64,000 bases of DNA from Synechococcus sp. (GTDB lineage Bacteria; Cyanobacteriota; Cyanobacteriia; PCC-6307; Cyanobiaceae). Under the pieces are notes generated by a model, which searched no databases, had not been told where the DNA came from, and worked only from the letters and a program-made list of their open reading frames with translations. Below are positions 1-11,683 of this stretch, one piece after another. Position numbers and translations under genes: made by a program. How positions within the stretch are numbered: the first letter of the stretch is position 1; each line of letters begins with the position of its first letter. The stretch covers positions 2,016,136 to 2,080,135 of the forward strand of contig JBJBDC010000001.1 of assembly GCA_047285535.1 (NCBI GenBank), written 5' to 3'.

Positions 1-1863
1 GCGAGCCACAACATCGGCGATATCAGCGGCTTCCACCTGTTCTCTCAACAAGGCAGAGCCGTCCTCCTGTGCCTCATTCAGCAACTGTTCGAGATCAGCT
101 CGGCGTTGCTGAACACGATGCAACTGGTCGAATTGAAGCCGTGCAGCCTCCTCCAAATTTCCGTCGCGTTCTGCTTCGGCGATGGCATGACGAAGGTCTT
201 CATCTTCCTGAAGCAGCTGACGCAACTCCTCCAGCTGTTCTCGTTCGGCCTGCCAACGCTCTCGAAGCTGACTTAATCGCGACGAGGCCTCGAGACGATT
301 GCGCTGGAGCTGGACCCTTTCACCTTCAGGGGATTGCTCAGCGGCTAGAACCGCCAACTCCACCCGGCGCAGATCAGCTTCCGCATCCTCTACCACCTGG
401 GGCTTGGAGGTCACATCCATTTTCAACTGGGCCGCTGCCTCATCGATCAAATCAATGGCCTTATCCGGCAAACAACGATCACTGATGTAGCGATCCGCCA
501 GACGTGCCGCCGCCATCACCGCCTCATCGGTAATGGTCACCCCGTGATGCAACTCATAACGCTCCTTCAATCCACGCAGGATGTCCACACTGAGCTCAAT
601 CGAAGGTTCCTGAATCGACACTTTCTGAAAGCGACGGTTCAAGGCCGGATCCTTCTCAACGGTACGGCGATAGTCCTCTGGCGTTGTCGCCGCAATGCAA
701 CGCAACTCCCCACGCGCTAAGGCTGGTTTCAGCAGGCTGGCCGCATCAGCGCTGGAACGGTCACTATTCACCACGGTGTGCAGTTCATCAATAAACAGCA
801 CAACAGCGGCCTCTGGATCACTCACCTCATCGAGCACCGCTCGAAGACGTTCCTCAAACTGACCTCGAAACTTCGCTCCAGCAATCAAGGCACCGCCATC
901 AAGAGCGACTAGACGCAAGCCTTGAAGTGATTCCGGCACCTCGCCAGCAACGATCCTCTGAGCCAGCAGCTCTGCCAGAGCAGTCTTGCCCACGCCAGGG
1001 GCACCAATCAACACAGGATTGTTCTTTCCGCGCCTCGACAGCACCTTGATCAGGGTGCGAATTTCCCCATCCCTGCCGATCACTGGATCGAGAAGCCCGG
1101 CGGCGGCGGCGGCGGTTAGGTCTCGACCGTAACTCTCAAGTGCAGTCGGCTCGCTCAGCGGCTCGAGGGGCAGGTCACCAGCATGGATCGCCGGCTGGGT
1201 TGATGCAGTCGGCTGCGCAACAGTGGTTGTCTGCAATGGCGGCGGCGGCGGCTGAACAGAAGGTGACTGCACAGCAGGAACAGAGGCTGCAGATTGATGG
1301 TTGGCAGAACGTGAGGAGTTGTCTTGCCTTCCCTGGGATTGGGAGCGTGGCCTGGGAGAAAGAGACGGCACCCTTTCTGACGACGCTCGATCCGGCGCAC
1401 GGGTCAGTTCCGCTTCAAGGCGGTCGGCAGGCAATCCAAATTGCGCAAATAAATCAGCCCCAATCCGAGGATCTCGCCCCATCGCAATCAGCAGATGGGA
1501 GACATCGATCAATCTGGACCCCCAGAGAGAGCGCACCCGATCCGCCTCCTCAAGCAGGGATTCGAGGTCTTCCCCTACGAATAAGTCCTCACCTCGAGCC
1601 ATGGGCTGCTCAGCCAGAAAGCCCTCGAGCCGATCGAGCAGCTGGTCGATCGGCAGAGGCAAGGCCTGAATGAAGCGCCGATAGCGTTGATCGCTAAAGA
1701 GCACCTGAAGCAGATGCTCCACGTCAAGATCTGCATGACGCCAGCGACGGGCCACATCCTGCCCCGAAAGCACAAGCTCCCAAGCATCGTCACTGAAGCG
1801 ATCTGGCTCTGAAGTAAGACTGACTGGAAGCTCAGGACCGGGGCGAGAGGTGGAAGTCGTCAT
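1..1863 (-). CDS. clpB: ATP-dependent chaperone ClpB (ClpB2-type), 5' part; runs off the window start
   Basis: Not in the ORF track because it has no stop in the window. Hand translation from ATG at 1863 gives [31 protein letters not shown]...[10 protein letters not shown]...[12 protein letters not shown]...[15 protein letters not shown] (Walker A)...FIDELH (Walker B)...[10 protein letters not shown]. The start overlaps the gloA stop (ATGA). Confidence 0.93.
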   Translation of the reverse strand, partial: MTTSTSRPGPELPVSLTSEPDRFSDDAWELVLSGQDVARRWRHADLDVEHLLQVLFSDQRYRRFIQALPLPIDQLLDRLEGFLAEQPMARGEDLFVGEDLESLLEEADRVRSLWGSRLIDVSHLLIAMGRDPRIGADLFAQFGLPADRLEAELTRAPDRASSERVPSLSPRPRSQSQGRQDNSSRSANHQSAASVPAVQSPSVQPPPPPLQTTTVAQPTASTQPAIHAGDLPLEPLSEPTALESYGRDLTAAAAAGLLDPVIGRDGEIRTLIKVLSRRGKNNPVLIGAPGVGKTALAELLAQRIVAGEVPESLQGLRLVALDGGALIAGAKFRGQFEERLRAVLDEVSDPEAAVVLFIDELHTVVNSDRSSADAASLLKPALARGELRCIAATTPEDYRRTVEKDPALNRRFQKVSIQEPSIELSVDILRGLKERYELHHGVTITDEAVMAAARLADRYISDRCLPDKAIDLIDEAAAQLKMDVTSKPQVVEDAEADLRRVELAVLAAEQSPEGERVQLQRNRLEASSRLSQLRERWQAEREQLEELRQLLQEDEDLRHAIAEAERDGNLEEAARLQFDQLHRVQQRRADLEQLLNEAQEDGSALLREQVEAADIADVVAR

Positions 1864-2279
1864 TGTGTGGAAGCTTGTTGAACCGTGTCTGAGCTGAAAG
1901 AGCGCTGAATCAGTTCCACCTTGTAGCCATCTGGATCTTCGACGAAAGCAATCACGGTGTTGCCGTGTTTCATCGGACCAGGCTCACGAACAACCCGCCC
2001 ACCTTTGGCTGCAATCGCAGCACACGCCGCATGGATGTCGTCAAGACCAAGAGCGATGTGGCCATAGCCATCACCGAGAGTGTATTGGTGTGTATCCCAG
2101 TTGTGAGTTAATTCAAGAACCGTGTTCTCACGTTCATCTCCAAATCCCACAAAGGCAAGCGTGAAGCGACCGGATGGATAGTCCTTTCGTCGCAACAACT
2201 GCATTCCCAAGACCTCAGTGTAGAAGCGAATTGATCGCTCCAAATCACCCACTCTGAGCATGGTGTGAAGCATGCGCAT
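1860..2279 (-). CDS. gloA: Lactoylglutathione lyase (glyoxalase I)
   Basis: [16 protein letters not shown]...LELTHNW...GYGHIALG...[15 protein letters not shown]; start taken at the internal Met (2279). Confidence 0.95.
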   Translation of the reverse strand: MRMLHTMLRVGDLERSIRFYTEVLGMQLLRRKDYPSGRFTLAFVGFGDERENTVLELTHNWDTHQYTLGDGYGHIALGLDDIHAACAAIAAKGGRVVREPGPMKHGNTVIAFVEDPDGYKVELIQRSFSSDTVQQASTQ

Positions 2280-2350
2280 GTTGCTGGTTCCGGCCGTTCT
2301 TTCAACATGGTGCCAAAACCGATGGAGTCGCGGCAGGGGGCGTTCCATAG

Positions 2351-3670
<1,320 letters not shown>

Positions 3671-3689
3671 ACTCAAAATTTGATTCATC

Positions 3690-4349
3690 ATGAGATCAAG
3701 ATTCCAAGGAATGGCGATCATGCAACCACTGCTGTGGCTGATCCCCTTGGCCCTGCCCTCAACCGCTTGGGCCTCCACCGTGGTGTCTGAAGAGGTCCAT
3801 GAAAAATGCCTCAAGGCAGCTGATTACCTAGGGTGTGTAGAAGCCCAAACAGATGGAATCTCTCCACTAACAAAACCAAATAACGTTGATCAATTCGGAC
3901 TGCCAACACCAGCAGGAGCCATAGCTCACACCCGAAGAGATGGAACAATCAGCTATTTCTTCCCTGATTCTGTAGTTGCAATCAAGAACAAAAATAAATA
4001 CGGTCGCTACCTGTCATGGAGATACATTTATCACTACAACGACCCCGGGACACCTGGCTTCTGGAAACCTGGAACGCAAATTTGTACAGGCTCGGGAACC
4101 CTGAGACGATGTTTCCAAACACCATCTGTGTTTGTCAGAGGGCGTCCAGCGGGGCCACGCAGCACAAGCTGGAGAGTTGATGGAGACTGCGTGGATTACA
4201 CAGCCAAATGGGAGAAAGATGGAAGGCCTTGGAAATCATTAAATGGAGGCCGCAGTTTCGAATCTGAAAAGCTGGAAGAAGCCAGAGAAATCCTGCAAAG
4301 CCATTGTCCAAAAATTGATCAGCTAGCTAAATCACCACGGGCAATCTAA
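3690..4349 (+). CDS. Hypothetical exported protein (start may be a later Met at 3711 or 3720)
   Basis: 219-aa ORF with a signal-peptide-like N-terminus (LLWLIPLALPSTAWA), HEKCLKAADYLGCV motif and 6 Cys; inserted between eno and the ABC1 kinase. Confidence 0.7.
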   Translation: MRSRFQGMAIMQPLLWLIPLALPSTAWASTVVSEEVHEKCLKAADYLGCVEAQTDGISPLTKPNNVDQFGLPTPAGAIAHTRRDGTISYFFPDSVVAIKNKNKYGRYLSWRYIYHYNDPGTPGFWKPGTQICTGSGTLRRCFQTPSVFVRGRPAGPRSTSWRVDGDCVDYTAKWEKDGRPWKSLNGGRSFESEKLEEAREILQSHCPKIDQLAKSPRAI

Positions 4350-4407
4350 TTTTTATCGCAGAACACCTGACCTGTAGCAATCAGGAATAGTCCCTAAAAA
4401 AGAAACG

Positions 4408-6093
4408 TCACTGACGATCTGTTCCCGACAAATTCTCAAGACGTCCATCCCGACGAAGTTTCCCTTGAAGCTTCAGCCAACCCATCCCTACGGGAACAGC
4501 AGCTCCTAGCGGAAGCAAGGCCCAAAGGGGCCTGGAGCTGGCACCCATCAAGGCTGCTGCAACTGCAAGCCCACCTAGCAACACCGACTGTCCGACTGAA
4601 TGCTGAGCCGTCACCATTCTGCGGAACTGCCGATCTGATTCACCCATACGGATCTGCAGTTGCAGATCGCCTTGCTCCAGTCGCTCCAGGCTTTCATCCA
4701 GCCTGCGAGGAATGCCCACGGCTCTTGAACTCAGGGCACCAACCTGACGACCCAATTCATTGAAAAGATCATTCGAGCCAGATCCACTGGAAGTCATGAG
4801 CGGTAGCAGATAGGGCTTTGCAATCGCCACAAGGCTAAAGCCAGGATCAAGGCTTTTGCCGACCCCTTCAAAAGTGGACAGCGCACGCATCACGAAGATC
4901 AGCTCAACTGGCAAGCGAAATGGCTGTCCATACACCAGCTCGTACAGATCAGCCGATAATTTGTCGATCACTGAGCTGCTGAACGGCGGAGTGAGCGCTT
5001 CGTTCAGCATCAAACGGACCAAGCGGCGCACCGGCCCAACATCAACCTCAGTAGCGATGACTCCAGCGGCTTGCATCTCTTCAACCAGAGCCGAAGCATC
5101 ACGCGCTGCAGCAGCTCTCACCATCCCTCCCAGCCGCCTGCGTAGACGCTCCGACAGCTGACCCATCATCCCGAAATCGTAATAAATGAGAGAACCATCA
5201 AGAGCAACCGCCAAATTTCCTGGGTGAGGATCCGCATGAAAAAAGCCAAAGCGCACAAGTTGCTGCAGATAGCTGGCAGAACCGATTTCTGCCACGGACG
5301 TTGGATCAATCCCTGCCTCTTCCAAAGCCGCGCGATCATTGATCTTGATCCCTGGCAAGTAGTCGAGACAGAGCACACGCCTAGTGCTCAGCTCCCAGAT
5401 CACACCAGGGACACGAATATTTGGATCATCCAAAAACTGCTGACGGAACCGGGCAGCGTGCTGAGCCTCAAGGCGAAAATCAAGCTCCCTCAGCAACACT
5501 CTTCTGCACTCCTGCGCCATGGCAACCCAGTCGCGCCCCCGCCCCCATTGAGGATGACGCTGAAGCACAGATGCCACCTGCTGCATCACTTCTAGATCCA
5601 GCCGGAACAGACTCTCCAACCCAGGACGCTGAATCTTCAACACCACTTGGCGTCCACTGCGAAGGCTCGCCCGATGCACCTGGGCCAGCGATGCGGCCGC
5701 CATGGGCTTCTCATCCAAATCAATAATCTCAGCGCAACGCGCTCCAAGTTCCTCTTCGAGGGCTAACTGAGCGCGATCAAATGAAAACGAAGGAACACGA
5801 TCCTGCAGTTCTGCTAGTTCAGAGACCCAACCAATAGGCAGAACATCAGGCCGAGCTGAAAGCAATTGGCCGAGCTTGATAAACGCAGGCCCGAGCTGCA
5901 GGAGCTCCTGCGTCAACCAACGGGCACGCACCTTTTGCCTGGCTTCGCGACGCTCCGTCGTTGGGCCTCCTGGATAGCTGAAGGCTCTGGCATCCCACCA
6001 CAACAATGCAAGCAAAGTCAGAACAGCACGCCAAATGCGAAGGCCCCGAAATGCTTTACGCACAAGGCCAATCATTCGCCTCAACAGCCTCAC
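4408..6093 (-). CDS. ABC1/AarF/UbiB family atypical protein kinase
   Basis: LGPAFIKLGQLLSARPD, AAASLAQVHRA, VVLKIQRP, FFHADPHPGN, YYDFGM motifs; C-terminal TM helices. Confidence 0.95.
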   Translation of the reverse strand: MRLLRRMIGLVRKAFRGLRIWRAVLTLLALLWWDARAFSYPGGPTTERREARQKVRARWLTQELLQLGPAFIKLGQLLSARPDVLPIGWVSELAELQDRVPSFSFDRAQLALEEELGARCAEIIDLDEKPMAAASLAQVHRASLRSGRQVVLKIQRPGLESLFRLDLEVMQQVASVLQRHPQWGRGRDWVAMAQECRRVLLRELDFRLEAQHAARFRQQFLDDPNIRVPGVIWELSTRRVLCLDYLPGIKINDRAALEEAGIDPTSVAEIGSASYLQQLVRFGFFHADPHPGNLAVALDGSLIYYDFGMMGQLSERLRRRLGGMVRAAAARDASALVEEMQAAGVIATEVDVGPVRRLVRLMLNEALTPPFSSSVIDKLSADLYELVYGQPFRLPVELIFVMRALSTFEGVGKSLDPGFSLVAIAKPYLLPLMTSSGSGSNDLFNELGRQVGALSSRAVGIPRRLDESLERLEQGDLQLQIRMGESDRQFRRMVTAQHSVGQSVLLGGLAVAAALMGASSRPLWALLPLGAAVPVGMGWLKLQGKLRRDGRLENLSGTDRQ

Positions 6094-6407
6094 GACCGCT
6101 CCTCCAAGCGCATGCCAAGGTCTGCAACCCTGGCTCGCAACTGATCAATTTTGGTCTGCAGGCTCTCATCATCGAAGGATGACTGGGGTGCAGCCTCTTC
6201 GTCATCACCACGTGTATCTCCTCCTCGCTCAAGCCTCTCTGCCTCAGCCTTCACTTCCTCCTGAAACAGATCCCATTCCTGGCGGACACGTTCAGGAGCA
6301 TCCTGGATTAACACGGCTATTCCGGCCGCGGCATCAGCCACGCCGTGACCCATCCGAGCAAGCACACGATGCATCGCCGCTCTAAGCAGAGCATCTCGGG
6401 AGGTCAT
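6090..6407 (-). CDS. Conserved cyanobacterial hypothetical protein
   Basis: ORF coupled to the ABC1 kinase start; predicted coiled-coil character (QDAPERVRQEWDLFQEEV...IDQLRARVADL). Confidence 0.75.
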   Translation of the reverse strand: MTSRDALLRAAMHRVLARMGHGVADAAAGIAVLIQDAPERVRQEWDLFQEEVKAEAERLERGGDTRGDDEEAAPQSSFDDESLQTKIDQLRARVADLGMRLEERS

Positions 6408-6466
6408 GGCCAAACGTCTCAACCTTGGAACTGTGGCAGATTTAGCGCTCGATCAGCGACGTTCGA

Positions 6467-7162
6467 TCAGGGAGCGGGAGGCTCTTCAATCGGAGTGGTG
6501 AAGAACTCGGTCTGATCCAGCATGGGCTCAACGACTACAGGATCAATCAAGACGGGTTCAACGATCCCTGGTGCAGGATCCTGAGCCGCCGCCGTGGGCT
6601 GGGACTCCGGATCCTGGAAGGGAAATGGTGACGGTTCACTCAGGGTTGGCTGTGAATCAGGCAATTCAGAGGGGGCTGAGGGCTCGATCACCGGCGTTTC
6701 GTTCAGTGCTGGGATGTCTTCCGCGCGAGGAGGCGTACTCACCGCCGCCTGCTGACTGCGCTGACGCTCGATGGCCGCAGCAGCGATGCGCTCCGCCTGT
6801 TCCTTGGCTTTGCGTTGCTCAAGCTCTTTCGCAAGCTTGGCCTCTTTCACCTCATTGGCCTGTTTCAACTCTTTCGCATCTTTCAGTTCTTTCGCTGCCA
6901 CATCAGCCGCCAGAGCATGGGTCTCTCCATGCCGAAGCCGTAAAGCCTCAAGGCTGTCGCCTGGAAATGAACGGAAGGCAAAGACCTGACTCTCAGGTTG
7001 TTGCCAACCCGCTCGAATCAGAACAATGCGCTGGGTAATGCCGTAACCGAGCGCGAAGCCAGCACCAGCAACCAAGGGGCCAACCCAAAAGCGAGGACGA
7101 ACTCGCCGCTTTGAATTCAACGAAGAAGGGTTGGTCTCAGCGGGCACAGTCATGGCCTCCAT
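6467..7162 (-). CDS. Hypothetical membrane-anchored protein with coiled coil and Pro-rich tail
   Basis: TM segment FWVGPLVAGAGFALGYGI; K/E-rich helix; P/E-rich C-terminus; directly downstream of argJ. Confidence 0.7.
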   Translation of the reverse strand: MEAMTVPAETNPSSLNSKRRVRPRFWVGPLVAGAGFALGYGITQRIVLIRAGWQQPESQVFAFRSFPGDSLEALRLRHGETHALAADVAAKELKDAKELKQANEVKEAKLAKELEQRKAKEQAERIAAAAIERQRSQQAAVSTPPRAEDIPALNETPVIEPSAPSELPDSQPTLSEPSPFPFQDPESQPTAAAQDPAPGIVEPVLIDPVVVEPMLDQTEFFTTPIEEPPAP

Positions 7163-7194
7163 GGCTTCACCATCCTGGCAGCGATGTCCAGACC

Positions 7195-8448
7195 TCAAGT
7201 TGTGTAATCAGCGTTAATACGTACGTATTGATCTGAAAGGTCGCACCCCCAAGCGACGCCATGGCCTGGACCATCGCCAAGACAAAGACGAATGTGAACG
7301 GTGTCATCAACCAGATAACGACCGCAAGCACATTCGCTGAGGTACGCAGACACTGCAGCGCGATCAAATGGCACCGGCTCACCCAATGCCATCAACTGAT
7401 GAGGTCCAATCCAAAGAGCCACAGCATCCGAGGCAAAAGCCACCCCTGCTCGACCTGCAGCCGCCACAATTCTGCCCCAATTGGGATCGCGCCCATGCAC
7501 GGCTGTTTTCACCAGTGACGAACCAATAATTGTGCGAGCGATCTTGAGCGCCTCCATTTCTGAGCCTGTTCCCTCCACCTCCACCTCAATCAGGCAAGTG
7601 GCTCCCTCTCCATCCCTGGCGATAGCTCGGGCCAGGTGCTGTGCAACAAGGGTGACCCCTTGCTCGAGGAGCTCAAACTGATCGAGCGGCAAAGCCTTCC
7701 CCGCAGCGAAGGCCAGGAAGGTGTCATTCGTGCTGGTGTCGCCATCCACGGAGATGACATTGAAGGAACGCTGAACCACACGCTGGACCATGTCCTGCCA
7801 GGCCTCTGCTGGCATCCCTACATCACAGGTCAGGTAACCGAGCATGGTGGCCATATCGGGATGAATCATTCCCGACCCTTTGGCCATTCCGCCGATCCGC
7901 ACCCGGCGGCCTCCAAGGTGGGCCTCGAGAGCAATCTGCTTGTTGACGAGATCCGTGGTGAGGATGGCCTCTGCGGCCGCTCCGCCTCCCTGATCCGACA
8001 GTGAAGACACCAGAGGATCCACCGCTTCCAAGAGTTTGTCGATAACAATCGGCACTCCGATCACCCCGGTGGAACAGATCAATACCTGCTGCGCTGACAC
8101 GCCCAGGCGACTGGCCACAGCCTGCGTTACTTGAAGACTGTCGATCAGGCCCCGATCACCCGTGCAGGCATTGGCCTGGCCGGAATTCGTCACCACAGCC
8201 CGTGCATGGCCAGCACCAAGCTTCAACCGCTCGGCACAGAGATCAACACAGGCAGCTCGTACCACTGAAGTGGTGAAGGTCCCGGCACAGACCGAGCCCT
8301 CCGGCGCCAGCAGTAACGAAAGATCGGGCTTCCCGGAGGTCTTAAGCCCGACAGTGAGACCAGAGGCCTTAAATCCATCTGGTGCCGTGATTCCTCCCTG
8401 CACGGGAAGCCAGCTGGGGAAAGAGGATCCGCTGTTGGCCGCAATCAC
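7195..8448 (-). CDS. argJ: Bifunctional glutamate N-acetyltransferase / amino-acid acetyltransferase ArgJ (start uncertain: GTG 8448 or ATG 8490)
   Basis: NSGQANACTG, STGVIG, GMAKGSGMIHPDMATML, VDGDTSTND, DGEGAT, DPNWGR, INADYTT. Confidence 0.97.
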   Translation of the reverse strand: MIAANSGSSFPSWLPVQGGITAPDGFKASGLTVGLKTSGKPDLSLLLAPEGSVCAGTFTTSVVRAACVDLCAERLKLGAGHARAVVTNSGQANACTGDRGLIDSLQVTQAVASRLGVSAQQVLICSTGVIGVPIVIDKLLEAVDPLVSSLSDQGGGAAAEAILTTDLVNKQIALEAHLGGRRVRIGGMAKGSGMIHPDMATMLGYLTCDVGMPAEAWQDMVQRVVQRSFNVISVDGDTSTNDTFLAFAAGKALPLDQFELLEQGVTLVAQHLARAIARDGEGATCLIEVEVEGTGSEMEALKIARTIIGSSLVKTAVHGRDPNWGRIVAAAGRAGVAFASDAVALWIGPHQLMALGEPVPFDRAAVSAYLSECACGRYLVDDTVHIRLCLGDGPGHGVAWGCDLSDQYVRINADYTT

Positions 8449-8488
8449 GGGCGCACGGGAGACACTGGAACCATCCTGACGCCGTGCC

Positions 8489-9100
8489 ATGCCCCGCCAA
8501 CGCCGGATCGGCCTCACTGGCGGCATCGCCAGTGGCAAAAGCAGCGTGGGCGATTGGCTGGAGAAGAGGGGCCTTCCTGTGCTCGATGCCGATCAATTCG
8601 CCCGAGAAGCTCTAGCCCCAGGAAGTGAAGGCGCTCAGAGAGTTCTCAACCGTTACGGCGACAAGGTCCGGCTCCATGCATCCAAACCAGAAGACGCTTG
8701 CATCGACCGCGCTGTCCTGGGTCGGATCGTGTTCAGCGATGAGAGTGAGCGGCGATGGCTGGAACAGCTGGTGCACCCAATGGTCAGGAGAAGGTTCGAG
8801 CAGGAGCTGGCCTCCCTAGCTGAGGCACCGGTGGTAGTGCTGATGATCCCGCTGCTCTTTGAAGCGGGCCTGGAGGCGATTTGCAACGAGGTTTGGGTGG
8901 TGCACTGCTCATTGGCTCAACAGAAACGACGGCTCATGACCAGGAACCATCTAGGAGCCAAAGAAGCCGAGCAGCGGATTCATGCTCAATGGTGTCTCAA
9001 ACAAAAATGCCAACGTGCAGACCAGGTCATCAATAACACGGGCACTCCTGGCGCCTGGCAGCAACAGGTTGCATCACTGATTGACATCAGAAACCTCTAA
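8489..9100 (+). CDS. coaE: Dephospho-CoA kinase
   Basis: IGLTGGIASGKS P-loop, VLDAD, LVHP, IPLLFE, ADQVINN. Confidence 0.97.
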   Translation: MPRQRRIGLTGGIASGKSSVGDWLEKRGLPVLDADQFAREALAPGSEGAQRVLNRYGDKVRLHASKPEDACIDRAVLGRIVFSDESERRWLEQLVHPMVRRRFEQELASLAEAPVVVLMIPLLFEAGLEAICNEVWVVHCSLAQQKRRLMTRNHLGAKEAEQRIHAQWCLKQKCQRADQVINNTGTPGAWQQQVASLIDIRNL

Positions 9101-9226
9101 TCAACCACCAATTTCGACATCTCTGAACACACGCAATTATAGGCCTTTCGTCAATCAAGACGTCGGGAATTATCAATACTTGAACCAAATCCACCAGGAA
9201 ACGCTCGCATGGACAACCAATGATCA

Positions 9227-9262
9227 AAAGACAAAATAAAAGCTGGCCGATATGGCCAGCTT
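9227..9262 (-). terminator. Probable intrinsic terminator of the tandem-repeat gene
   Basis: Hairpin aagctggcc-gatat-ggccagctt followed on the minus strand by a T-rich tract. Confidence 0.6.
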
Positions 9263-9284
9263 CAGCGAAATTCAATGATCGCTC

Positions 9285-10127
9285 TCACTTAGCCCAAACG
9301 CCATTAAACCGTACACCTTTTGAAGAATTAAACCCTTCAACATATGCCGGCTGAAGATTGTTAGCAATAATGCCATCAAAAACTTGCTGATACTGACCGC
9401 TTGGGACACCATGCCTGGCCTGCCAGCTTGAATTGACCCCAGGCCTTTTAGTGAAAATAGCAACATAGCGATCTTGCCCACCTTTACGATAACCACTCAC
9501 GACCTTCACTCGATAGCCCTTCTTTGAAGCCTTGTTGAATAGCTGTTGATACTTCACAGAAGTCATATCATGCCTCGTAAAAGATCCTGATACACCTTTC
9601 TGGAAAATCGCAGCAAAACGTGGCAAGCTTCCTACAGTGAAAGCACTTACATGCACAGGCCTAAATCCTTGCTTAGCATAAACTTTTTTTTGATTCAGAT
9701 ATTGAGACTCTGTTAATCCATGGCGAGCAATATAGGCAGGCCCCGAGGACTTTTCCCAAATTGCAGCGTAATATGGCTGATTTCCGACTGAATAACCATT
9801 CACGTAGGTGAGACGATAGCCCTTTTGAGTTAGATCATTGAATACGGATTGATACTGGTTAGGCGTTAACCCATGACGAGCCTGGAAGGGTTTGCAATTA
9901 TCTTTACTCCAAACACCTGTATAACGAGCCCTATTCCCTTGCTGGTAGCCAGAAACCGACTTCAGGCAGTATCCACTATTCACAAAGTCATCAAAAGACT
10001 GTTGATACTGCACACTTGACAAGCCATGCCTTGCAACCCATTGGCCCGCAGAAGATGGCAGAGCCGAAGAACAGAGAAGGCCCGTGGCAATGAAGAAACC
10101 CAGTGCGGTAGTTTTTTGAACAGTCAT
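9285..10127 (-). CDS. Secreted protein made of five ~50-aa bacterial tandem repeats (polyglycine-hydrolase-like/BTRD1-type)
   Basis: Five repeats of type W/F-x-ARHGL-x3-YQ-x2-F...GY..x.V.GY...Y.(A/G)(I/V)W; signal peptide MTVQKTTALGFFIATGLLCSSALPSSA. Confidence 0.85.
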   Translation of the reverse strand: MTVQKTTALGFFIATGLLCSSALPSSAGQWVARHGLSSVQYQQSFDDFVNSGYCLKSVSGYQQGNRARYTGVWSKDNCKPFQARHGLTPNQYQSVFNDLTQKGYRLTYVNGYSVGNQPYYAAIWEKSSGPAYIARHGLTESQYLNQKKVYAKQGFRPVHVSAFTVGSLPRFAAIFQKGVSGSFTRHDMTSVKYQQLFNKASKKGYRVKVVSGYRKGGQDRYVAIFTKRPGVNSSWQARHGVPSGQYQQVFDGIIANNLQPAYVEGFNSSKGVRFNGVWAK

Positions 10128-10253
10128 CTTGCTACCCCTAGATGAGCAATCGTTCAGATTCAAAGATGTAGAAGTCATCGTTTTTTGATGTGAAGAGCAC
10201 GTCAGAAAAAGATTCCTGACATCCACACCATTGCCTTTCTAAATGAAGGTCCT

Positions 10254-10291
10254 GGTGATTGAACTCAATGCGATCTGTGATCTTTCACACA
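10254..10291. promoter_or_regulatory. Two tandem CRP-like boxes upstream of the tandem-repeat gene
   Basis: GGTGA-ttgaac-TCAAT (10254-10269) and TGTGA-tctttc-ACACA (10276-10291), versus consensus TGTGA-N6-TCACA. Confidence 0.5.
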
Positions 10292-10393
10292 AATTGCGAT
10301 CACTAAACGCTCAACAGGCCAGAGCTTCGAACAACCTAAGTGTCGCGTCAGCCATGTCTAATGCGGAGATCTGATTGAGATTTCGCAACCGTC

Positions 10394-10740
10394 CGGCATG
10401 CAATTGCGCTACCACCAAAGGGCACAAGACCTTTGCAATGAAAAAGAAAAGACAGAACACCAAGACATAAGTTGCTGCCCTTAGCCAAGCTAGTTGAGCA
10501 ATAATCAATCGAATCAACCAGCCCAATGGTTTAAACCAGCTTGAAAGATTCCTTACAGGATGGTCCACCCGCCGCAAAGAGAGAGATGACGGCCATCCAA
10601 ACCAAGGCATTGATTGATTCCTCTGTTGTGACTGCGAAACCAGAACGAAACGATTGACCATGACTAATCGGAATGCCATTTGATCGCATGATCAAAAAAC
10701 AATCAAAAAGGCATCACGTTTGATCAGGCCTGACCAAGCT
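10394..10740 (+). pseudogene. Possible older, heavily eroded coaE remnant
   Basis: Colinear CoaE-like fragments across frameshifts: RHAIALPPKG (cf. REALAPGSEG), AAL/AKLV, QW/NQL, MVHP, LIPLL, DC..KRL.M..RN. Confidence 0.4.
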
Positions 10741-10805
10741 TCACCACCCAAGGTGAGTTCAATCCTCCTCCTGGCAAAACTGTCAAGACTCCAGGACAAG
10801 GACTG

Positions 10806-11385
10806 CAACGGCGCATCGGACTAACCGGTGGGATCTCTAGTGGCAAAAACAGCGTGGGGCGCCACCTCTACGAACGAGGAATCGCAGTACTCGACGCCGA
10901 TCTCTATGCCCATCAAGCCCTAGCCCCCGGTACCAATGGAGCAGATTCTGTGATCTAGCGCTACTCAACACGGGATCAGAACACAGCCGACGCTCATAGC
11001 GATACAACAACCAGCCCAGGCTGCATCAACCAAAAGGCTCTGGGAAGTTTCGTGTTCAATGAACAGCGCGAGCGTCTTTGGCTCGAGAGACTTATCCATC
11101 CGCAAATGCGTGCAAACTTTGAGTAAGCACTCACAAAGCACGTCAATTCAGAAACTGTTGCCTTGACGATTCGCTTCTGTTCAAAGCCGGACTCAGGGAC
11201 CTTTGCACCGCGAACTGGGTGGTCTATGCAGCCCAGCTCCAGCAACGGGACAAACTGGATGAAGCTGCCACAAGGGCTCGCATCCAGTCCCAATGGCACT
11301 GAAGCAAAAATGTCAAATCACAGACTTCTTAGTTAACAACTGAGAAGGATCTGGCTGCTGGAACAAGCAACTTAAAACGTTGGCC
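10806..11385 (+). pseudogene. coaE: Near full-length degenerate coaE copy
   Basis: QRRIGLTGGISSGKNSVG...VLDADLYAHQALAPG...VI*RY...WLERLIHP...FE*...RIQSQW/LKQKCQITDFLVNN*...W; in-frame stops at 10956 and 11124 plus frameshifts. Confidence 0.92.
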
Positions 11386-11683
11386 AAAACCAAAAAAGTA
11401 ATAAGTAAAGGCTTTTTTCAAAAGAACACATGCACAGATCAGACAAGTCGATCAAGACGAACCACGTGACTCTTCACTCCACAAACAACTCACAAACCCT
11501 CAAGAACACAAACAGAAACACCAACATTCCGCATGGCCTCTCCCAAGCCAGGGACAATCTCACAACCAAGATTAATCCAAGTCACAACATGGCAACGCAC
11601 CCAAGGGAAAACTAAGTGCACTGGACAAGCCACCTTGGCAAACCAGAGCTCAACCATTGAAATCCACTCACTCTGGAAACCTC

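Noticed and set aside
69..1793. Several short ORFs in the first 1.8 kb
   Set aside because: All overlap the minus-strand clpB frame, which the ORF track missed because it has no stop in the window
8488..8491. Divergent argJ and coaE ATGs overlapping in one CATG
   Set aside because: The argJ start is uncertain and recognisable ArgJ sequence begins further downstream, so this is probably coincidental
10311..10679. 122-aa minus-strand ORF
   Set aside because: No recognisable motif; lies antisense to the suspected old coaE remnant
10994..11299. 101-aa minus-strand ORF
   Set aside because: Antisense to the coaE pseudogene
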